Shown here piece by piece: positions 1-6,863 of a stretch of 8,019 bases of DNA. The translations under genes and the position numbers were made by a program. The stretch comes from Octopus sinensis. Taxonomy: Eukaryota. The stretch covers positions 1 to 8,019 of the forward strand of contig NW_021828612.1 in the NCBI RefSeq assembly GCF_006345805.1, read 5' to 3'. The first letter of the stretch is position 1. Each line of letters starts with the position of its first letter. The notes beneath the pieces were generated by a model that was given only the letters and a program-made list of their open reading frames with translations, was not told the DNA's origin and did not search any database.

Positions 1-425
1 GTTGCTAATGCTCCTTTTCTTGTTCGTGCCAATAGTTGGCATTTGCTGTGACATATTGTTAATGTTATTGTAAATCATTTCGATATTATTGCTAATTATC
101 TTTAATATTATCCATAATTACTGGTGATGTTATTGCTAATTAATATTATTGCTAATTAATCATGTTATAGTTAAATATTATGATATCATTGCTAACTATT
201 AATGTTGTTATTATTATTTAATTTTGATGCTGTTTCTAATTAATCTTATTGTCAATTATTGTTGATATTGTAAATTATGTTTAATGTTATTTATTAATTA
301 CAGATGTCGCTGTTGCTTACTCTTGTTGGAGTTATAATTAATCATTTTTAATGTGAATTTTAATTATTGCTCATGTTACTGTTAATTATTGCAGTTAGTA
401 TCTTACATAATGCTAATATCGTTAA
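1..425. repeat. Degenerate AT-rich minisatellite/low-complexity tract, TTGCTAA core, ~16 bp period
   Basis: TTGCTAA at 2, 89, 133, 149 and 189. TATTGCTAATTAAT at 131 recurs at 147 (16 bp apart). T-rich, with ATT/GTT triplets throughout. Confidence 0.7.
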
Positions 426-637
426 TACGTTTTTTCACCTCCTAGTTAAAGAAGGAAGACTGGACCCTATAGTCTAGTTTTTCAAAGTCCACGATCCCTG
501 ATAGGAATGAGAAGGGGCGGACGATATATCTAGAGCAGAGACTTGACCCAAATACATCCAGCAGAGCGGACTCAATTGAAAAAGCTCAAGGATCACTTGG
601 TCGTGTTAAACCAGTTGACAGCCTGAGTTTAGCTCCC

Positions 638-710
638 AAGAACACAGAACGCAGAGAACCTGAACAAATACCGCAAGGCATCTGGTCCAAAGTTCAAACA
701 ATTCCGCAAA
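638..710 (-). mobile_element. SINE fragment (head region only) of the Meta-like tRNA-derived family
   Basis: GAACACAGAACGCAGAGAACCTGAACAAATACCGCAAGGCAT parallels GAACTCGGAACGGAGAGAATCGGAGCAAATCC (782-813) and GAACACGGAACATAACGAGTCGTGAGAAATATGCAAATCAT (2542-2582). Confidence 0.6.
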
Positions 711-714
711 TGTG

Positions 715-862
715 TCGTACAAGACACTTCATTTCATCGATCCTGAAAGGATGAGAAGCAAAGTTAACCTCAGTGTTATTTGAACTCGGAACGGAGAGAA
801 TCGGAGCAAATCCTATAACGCGTTCTATCCGACGTTCCAACGACTTCCCCAATTTTCCACCT
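715..862 (-). mobile_element. Decayed tRNA-derived SINE with Meta-like core (octopus family)
   Basis: 734-763 TCATCGATCCTGAAAGGATGAGAAGCAAAG matches 2494-2523 at 25/30. B-box-like GAGTTCAAATA on the minus strand near 778-788. Confidence 0.8.
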
Positions 863-1760
863 TATGCTATTGGTTTTGGTGTTGCTATTGGTTTTGCTGC
901 CGTTGTTGCTATCATACTTTCTCTGTTTTCTTAATTGGTAACGTCAATGTTGCTATTTTTAATGCTTGAGTCGTTATTTCTATGCTTCTGTTTCTTTTTC
1001 TTGGCATTGCAATAGCCAGGCGTTGATATTGTTCGATATTGCTATTCGAACTTTGACACTGCCACTGCTTGATGTTACTGTCGTTTGTCGTCGCTATTGT
1101 CTGCTGTTGCTATTACCTAAAGCGACTATTATCTGATGTTGCCTTCTATTGGCTTCTATTCAAGTGATGTTTTCCAACGTCGCTATTGTCTAATATTGCT
1201 TTCGCTTAACGTTGCTCTTATTGTCTGACACTGTTATTTTCTGATATTGATATTGTTTTATGTTGCACCCCACCCCTAACTGATTGATATTGCTATTGTC
1301 TAACGTTGTTACTGCTTTTGTAATGCTGTCTGACGTTGCTATTGCCTGACTTTACCAAAGACTGATTTCGCTATTGTCTAAAATGGTGTCTGATACTGCT
1401 GGAATTGCAATTGTTTTGCGTAACCCTATAATGTCTGATATTGCTAATGCCCTTCTAATTTTGTCTGATTTTGCTATTGCCGCACGTCATTATCATATTA
1501 CGTTGCTATTGTTTTGGACATTGCCTGATACCTCCATAGCCCTTGTAAAGTTATCTGATATAATAACAATAATATCATAATAACAATAATGTTACCAATT
1601 GCTTTTCTCATTATTATCTGACGCTGCTATTGTCTAGCATTGTTTTGTTCGACATTGCTATTGACAGTATATAAAGTCTAATGTTGCTATTGTCCTGGTA
1701 TTGTTATCTGGTGCTGCTATTGTTTCTATAATATCAAACGTTCTTATTGTTTGTCATCGA
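863..1760. repeat. Degenerate minisatellite, approximate consensus TCTGACGTTGCTATTG (15-16 bp unit)
   Basis: GCTATTG at 866, 884, 1093, 1182, 1292, 1338, 1370, 1473, 1505, 1626, 1657, 1686 and 1716. Several spacings are 29-32 bp (dimer). TGAC at 1331 and 1347 are 16 bp apart. Strong T>A skew. Confidence 0.8.
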
Positions 1761-1774
1761 TGTCGTTGGCATCT

Positions 1775-1935
1775 TTCTTGTTCTTTAGTCCCAGGTAGGC
1801 CTTGACAGAACAGACCTGTGTATAAAAGCTTTCCGGCAATGAACACCCTGCTTTTGTTTCTGCATATAATACAGCTTTATCTAAATACTGTGTCAGATAT
1901 CATAATATTGAAGTCGGTTGGGTATAATTTCATTG
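1775..1935 (-). mobile_element. Unclassified (AAC)n-tailed interspersed repeat ('family X'), decayed copy 1
   Basis: TTGTTCTTTAGTCCCAGGTAGGCC...CAGACCTGTGTATAAAAGCTTTCC aligns without gaps to 1994-2052 (32/59) and to the reverse complement of 3388-3453. Strand is set by the position of the (AAC)n tail. Confidence 0.6.
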
Positions 1936-1961
1936 CAGACGGTGTGACTACGTAAATGAGG

Positions 1962-2175
1962 TGTTGTTGTTATTGTTGTTGCCCATGTTATCTTTGTTGC
2001 TTAATTATAGATCAGATTCACTTAAGCAGAGCTATGATCAAAGGCGCTCCAGTTGCGACCAACCGTTATATTATCCGTTGTATTCGCCTTTTAGTCAAGA
2101 AAGTAAGGTGTAACTTGAGGGAGACTTGGCTGCTGTTTCTCGCTGGTTCATAAAGCAAACTGCCTCTGTTGCTAT
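1962..2175 (-). mobile_element. Family X repeat, near complete copy 2
   Basis: (TTG)n tail from 1962. CTATGATCAAA at 2032-2042 is the exact reverse complement of 3397-3407. Body TTGAGGGAGACTTGGCTGCTGTTTCT (~2115-2140) has reverse-complement similarity to 2690-2725 and 6020-6055. Confidence 0.75.
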
Positions 2176-2249
2176 AAATTTTAATGCTTGGCTTGCACAG
2201 GATAAATATTTTATATAAAATAGGTAGACGTACACAAAATGTTGGAAAG

Positions 2250-2395
2250 GGTAATCACCGTTGAAATCGACCCCGGTGTTTAGCTGGTACTTTATAATAT
2301 CGAAAATGGAAAGAATTAAAAGCAAATCTACCTCGGTACGATTCGAACTTCGAACTCTAAAAGCTGTAAATACCACTTTTCCCATTCTGCCATTA
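2250..2395 (-). mobile_element. Meta-like tRNA SINE, internally deleted copy
   Basis: ATCGACCCCGGTGTTTAGCTGGTACTTT...GAAAGAATTAAAAGCAAATCTACCTCGG. B box GTTCGAATC on the minus strand at ~2340-2348. Confidence 0.8.
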
Positions 2396-2439
2396 GATCC
2401 TCTGAAACTATTTCTGAGTTTGGCAAAAAGACAGCCTTG

Positions 2440-2617
2440 AAGGAAAGGATTTAATCGATATCATCGACTCCAGTACTGGCCAGGAACTTTATTTTATCGA
2501 TCATAAAAGGATGAAAGGCAAAGATAACCCAGGCAGGATTTGAACACGGAACATAACGAGTCGTGAGAAATATGCAAATCATTTGAATCAACGTTCCAAC
2601 GTCTCTATCATCTTACC
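2440..2617 (-). mobile_element. Meta-like tRNA SINE, near full-length copy
   Basis: AATCGATATCATCGACTCCAGTACTGG...TTATCGATCATAAAAGGATGAAAGGCAAAG. B box GTGTTCAAATCC on the minus strand at 2537-2548. Confidence 0.85.
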
Positions 2618-2654
2618 ACACGGTCCCTTGAAATAAGTAACAGTGATTTCTTCC

Positions 2655-2732
2655 AGCTAATAAGAGAGCTTCTTTGTGGTACTCCCATTTGCCAGAAACA
2701 ACTGCTCACATACTCTTTAAACATATCCTCAT
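2655..2732 (+). mobile_element. Family X repeat, 5' fragment
   Basis: GAGAGCTTCTTTGTGGTACTCCCATTTGCCAGAAACAACTGC resembles the reverse complement of 2105-2172 and 6002-6055. Confidence 0.5.
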
Positions 2733-2739
2733 GGCTTTA

Positions 2740-2920
2740 AAGGCGTTCTTTGGCAAAATACCGTTAGAACATTGAATAACATACTTCGTAGCATTTGTTC
2801 CATCTCTTTAAATTCTGCTTTTAAAATCCTGCTGAGGCCGACATTTTGTTTTATCCTTTCGGGGTCGATAACCTATACCAATACAAGTCATATAGCGGTG
2901 TTGATTAAATCAACTACAAA
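2740..2920 (+). mobile_element. Meta-like tRNA SINE, full-length decayed copy in plus orientation
   Basis: AGGCG...TGGCAAAATACCGTTAG head (A-box-like). Core GAGGCCGACATTTTGTTTTATCCTTTCGGGGTCGATAA: the reverse complement of 2850-2872 matches 2494-2516 at 18/23. Confidence 0.85.
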
Positions 2921-3194
2921 TTCAGTGTTAGAGTCAATCCCGAAAACTGCCTGATTTTGTCTTCAATTTTTTTTTCTGGCTAGTCATGCAAAGACATTGT
3001 TGCAAAATCATTATAGACTTCTTTGACGTGATTTGCGACATGAAAGGAATAGAACTGCTGCACGAGCAACGGCAAGTTTTATCCAACACAGTCTGCTAAT
3101 ACAGACGGAAGCAAACTTTCCAGAAAGAAATGAACTCAAGAAATATAGAGATGCAAAAGAAAATAAATTTCTTTTAAAAAGGAAAAGTGAGTCT

Positions 3195-3320
3195 GAAATA
3201 AGAACAATGACAGGATGTTGAAGGCCAGAATGTATTTGGTCACAGGTACGTCCACTGCAGCGGGGTTATCCTAGGGCTAAAAAACAACACAAACAACAAC
3301 AACAAACAATAACAACAGAC
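3195..3320 (+). mobile_element. Family X repeat, 3' part with (AAC)n tail
   Basis: GAATGTATTTGGTCACAGGT...CCTAGGGCTAAAAAACAACACAAACAACAACAAC parallels 3390-3453 GAATGCGTTTGATCATAGGT...CCTGGGGTTGAACCATAACAAC. Confidence 0.65.
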
Positions 3321-3384
3321 GACAACTACAACTTAATGAATAATAATATAGGCTAAACATCACATATTTTGGAGTAGGGAAGAG

Positions 3385-3453
3385 ACCTAGAATGCGTTTG
3401 ATCATAGGTATGTCTGGTGAATCTGGACAATCCTGGGGTTGAACCATAACAAC
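3385..3453 (+). mobile_element. Family X repeat, 3' fragment
   Basis: The reverse complement of 3388-3409 matches 2030-2051 at 17/22, including an exact 11-mer. Ends in AACAAC. Confidence 0.7.
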
Positions 3454-3494
3454 GTAAAAACCATTCACAAAAGCTCGATTTCACACATCTCAGG

Positions 3495-3643
3495 GTAGGG
3501 GACAGTCGATGAAACTACTCCAGTAGTTAACTGGTACTTATATTCTCGGTTCTGCAAGGATGAAAGCAAATAATAGCCTAAAGGGACGCAATCCAATACC
3601 ACAAAGCGTGCGATCCGCCATTCATCCGATTCTGTTTGCCTAA
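3495..3643 (-). mobile_element. Meta-like tRNA SINE, decayed copy with internal deletion
   Basis: GTCGATGAAACTACTCCAGTAGTTAACTGGTACTTA...AAGGATGAAAGCAAA, then AATACCACAAAGCGT...GATTCTG matching the head seen in the other copies. Confidence 0.7.
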
Positions 3644-3647
3644 GACA

Positions 3648-3665
3648 TTGTGTGTGTATGTTTGA

Positions 3666-3731
<66 letters not shown>

Positions 3732-3743
3732 CTCTCTCTTTCC

Positions 3744-3775
<32 letters not shown>

Positions 3776-3792
3776 ATATAAATGTATGTAAG

Positions 3793-3833
<41 letters not shown>

Positions 3834-3840
3834 GTGTGTG
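3648..3840. repeat. Compound microsatellite (TGTC)5-(TATC)11-(TC)n-(TATC)-(TG)n
   Basis: TGTC x5 at 3667-3686, TATC x11 at 3687-3730, pyrimidine run 3729-3763, TG tract 3795-3840. Confidence 0.97.
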
Positions 3841-3892
3841 ATTAATATAAAGAATCACTATCAACCAGGGTTTCAGGAATGATATCGAGAAT

Positions 3893-4105
3893 TTGAAAGA
3901 GGAAAGAAAAAAAGGGAAAACGAAAGAGACAGACAATGAGAGAGGAGGAGAGAGAGGAGAGGAAGAAGAAAGGGGAAAAGAGGGGAAAAGAGAGACAAGA
4001 GAGAGACATGACAGTGATGTGAGTGAGACAGGGAGAGAGACAGAGTGAGAGGGGTAATGAGAGGGGTAGAGAGAGAGTGGGGACAGTGAGAGAAAGAGAG
4101 AGTCT
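3893..4105. repeat. GA-rich purine tract
   Basis: 58 consecutive purines at 3938-3995. AGGGGAAAAG x2 at 3971-3990. Degenerate (GA)n on both sides. Confidence 0.9.
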
Positions 4106-4204
4106 GTCTCAGAACAACACATACTTACATGTGCACACAAAAACCATAAATCTCTAGAAATCTATAGAAACGTAAACTCTTTCTCTCCTTCTCACTGAGT
4201 CTCA

Positions 4205-4448
4205 TTCTCTATATATCTGCATAAATATATGCATATATAAGCATCAACATACATGCACAAAGCATATATGTATGTGTGTATATATACACATATATATATA
4301 TATGTGTGTGTGTGTGTGGATTTAAGTGTATACACACATGCACATATGGATGTAATTGTATACGTATATATTCATATACGTATATGACCCTATGTTAATA
4401 TATATGTGTGTGTGTATATATACATATATACATATAAATATATATATG

Positions 4449-4491
<43 letters not shown>

Positions 4492-4652
4492 ATGAATATA
4501 TATGCAAATATCTATATATACACAGATAAAAACATATATACATATAAGTGCATATATACACATATATCTCTAAAGACGTATGTAAGAATGTATGTATGTA
4601 TGCATGTATGTATGTATGTATGTATTTATGTATGTCATGTATGTATGTATCT

Positions 4653-4684
<32 letters not shown>

Positions 4685-4730
4685 ATGTATATATGTATAT
4701 TATATATATATATATATACATACATATATT
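4205..4730. repeat. Mixed TA/TG/TATG/TATC microsatellite field
   Basis: (TG)n 4465-4490, (TATG)n ~4590-4645, (TATC)n ~4647-4672, several (TA)n tracts. Confidence 0.95.
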
Positions 4731-4807
4731 TCGTTTTGGGATTTGGTTTGCAAGATTCTTTATGTGAGTTCGTGTGTTGATGCCTATTCTGTTGTGTCTG
4801 GGAATAG

Positions 4808-5327
4808 TATATATATATATACACACACAGAAATATTTATATACATTGTGTGTCACGCTCTCTCTCGCTTTCTGTAGATACATGCGTGTGTGTGTGTGTG
4901 TGTGTGTGCACTAGAATATTCATGTGTACATATATGCATATTTGCATATGTGAACGTTTAAGTGCGCACTCGTGCTTGAATATCTGTGTGCGCCTTTGCT
5001 AATATCTACGTTAGTTGTGATACCAAAATACTACTTAAATCACGGCTTCTATTCATCGAAATTTCTCAACAATTAATTAAAATCTACAAGCTGAACGTCT
5101 TTCTGCGTTATATATATATATATGTGCATGGATATATATATATATATATATTTACTATATATATATGTGTGTGTGTGTGTGTTGTGTGGTGTGTGTGTGT
5201 GTGTGTGTGTGGTGTTTTATTGTATAAAATATATATATATATGCATATATATATACTACACCATACATGTATACATACATATATATATATATACACACAT
5301 ACACATATATGTGTATGTATATATCTA

Positions 5328-5398
<71 letters not shown>

Positions 5399-5492
5399 AT
5401 ATATATATATTATATCTATATATATTATATATATATATATATATATTATATATAGATATATCTATATATCTATATATATATACATATATAAA

Positions 5493-5530
<38 letters not shown>

Positions 5531-5830
5531 TGTGCATTTGTATGCAAATATATGTATTCATACGTATATAAGTATATATACAAAAGCACATATAGATACA
5601 TGTAAATGTGTGTGTATAGTTATGGGTTTGTACATGTACGTATACATGTGTAAATGTATATCATGATCTATAGGTGCAGATTTTTACATGCGTATAAATG
5701 TATACATGTGTATTTATATGTATTTGTATTATAATTGGCTGTAGGTGCGTACATGTACGTATACACACACACATAAATGCATGTTTTTATGCACTAATGT
5801 ATATATAAAAATATATACACACGCACGCAC
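4808..5830. repeat. Microsatellite field including (TG)n, (TATC)17 and long (TA)n, with a short unique island at ~4960-5108
   Basis: (TG)n ~4885-4908 and ~5167-5213. Perfect TATC x17 at 5328-5395. (TA)n tracts 5396-5527. Confidence 0.95.
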
Positions 5831-5999
5831 AATCGCAAACATGTCTTTAAGGCAAAGAAGTGTTCTTCAAAACATCTCTACATCTCCAGATATGTGTGGC
5901 GGAGTCTGTGTTGTCACAAACACACAGGCATACAAACGCAGCTACGCAGAGCAATAATTCACAGATGTAAACATATAGATGGCAGCAACAAGTGAATCT

Positions 6000-6205
6000 G
6001 AACGTGGTCAGTGGATGCGCTAGAAATAGAAGTCAAAATCTCTGCTCCAAATCACAGCGTAAAATCCTAAATACAAAAATATCTAGAGATTGATGACAGA
6101 ATGTTGATAGTTTATATTGGTAATTATGTTATGGGCACAATTTGAGATTTGGGCGCCTTAGTTCGATCAGGATTAGGAGCCTTGGTCGATCAGGATTGAT
6201 TCTGC
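6000..6205 (+). mobile_element. Family X repeat, highly decayed copy with tandem-duplicated tail segment
   Basis: ACGTGGTCAGTGGATGCGCTAGAAATAGAAGTCAAAATCTCTGCTCCAAATCACA matches the reverse complement of 2105-2145. TCGATCAGG appears twice (6163, 6186) where the tail motif is expected. The middle section is not clearly alignable. Confidence 0.55.
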
Positions 6206-6281
6206 CCCTATGGGTGCACTTACGTACATGTTTTACATATATATATATATATATTATATATATCTCCTTAAAACTTAAATC

Positions 6282-6335
6282 CTTAAAATGTTTAAGTCTG
6301 AATGCTCGGCCATGCTGGGGCCCACCGTTGAATGA
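6282..6335 (-). mobile_element. Isolated 3' tail fragment of the CORE-type SINE
   Basis: CGGCCATGCTGGGGCCCA (6307-6324) matches 6554-6571 at 17/18. Upstream TGTTTAAGTC parallels TGTTTCAGTC (6535-6544). Confidence 0.7.
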
Positions 6336-6379
6336 GCTACACTAGTATTGAACTACCTCTGCTACGTGGCTCTTCCTTC

Positions 6380-6380
6380 C

Positions 6381-6416
<36 letters not shown>

Positions 6417-6417
6417 A

Positions 6418-6461
<44 letters not shown>

Positions 6462-6518
6462 ATAGATATACATATTGTGTGTGTGGTTTGTGCGTATGCA
6501 TATATGTATATACATATA
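6380..6518. repeat. (TA)n microsatellite with TG/TATG flank
   Basis: Near-perfect TA tract ~6381-6459 with single-base slips. Confidence 0.97.
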
Positions 6519-6825
6519 TCTTTTATTGTTTATTTGTTTCAGTCATTGGACTACGGTCATGCTGGGGCCCAACCTTGGTTGGTTTAGTGGAGCATGTCGA
6601 CCTCTGTACTTTTATTTTAAAATGTGGCATTTATTCCATCCTGCGCTTTTTTCCGAATCGCTAGGTTACGGAGACGTAAGTAAACCAAAGCCTGTTGTCA
6701 AGCGCTGACGGGGACACATACAAACGCACAGACACACACATAGACATTAATATATATACATACATACTTACACACGCAGACACACACACACACAGACACA
6801 CACACACACAGACACACACACGCAG

Positions 6826-6863
<38 letters not shown>

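Noticed and set aside
1374-1580. 68 aa ORF with recurring SD..AIA motifs
   Set aside because: The periodicity comes from the underlying minisatellite. A 16 bp unit does not preserve frame, which argues against a coding repeat.
1560-1590. 17 bp-period duplication of ATAATAACAATAAT, A-rich within a T-rich satellite
   Set aside because: Ordinary (AAT/AAC) slippage, too short to support an inversion or insertion claim.
863-1760. Repeat-spacer-like pattern as a CRISPR array
   Set aside because: Units are short, degenerate and tandem without unique 26-72 bp spacers. The context is eukaryotic and there are no cas genes.
1925-1957. Possible 13 nt exon TTGCAG|ACGGTGTGACTAC|GTAAAT
   Set aside because: Weak pyrimidine tract, weak donor, frame-shifting length, and it sits at the edge of a decayed repeat.
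1956-2385. ORFs 1956-2153 (+, Cys-rich start) and 2095-2385 (-)
   Set aside because: The Cys run is a (TGT)n repeat tail, and both ORFs lie over decayed interspersed repeats.
2772-3468. ORFs 2772-2954, 3033-3221 and 3277-3468
   Set aside because: Short with no recognisable motifs. The first and third overlap SINE or family X copies. The second starts at TTG just after a stop.
4361-4382. Inverted repeat TACGTATAT-ATTC-ATATACGTA and similar palindromes near 7090 and 7795
   Set aside because: Expected by-products of self-complementary TA/TACG simple repeats.
5904-5929. Hairpin GTCTGTGT...ACACAGGC as a miRNA precursor
   Set aside because: The stem is only ~8 bp and driven by TG/CA dinucleotides, far short of a pre-miRNA.
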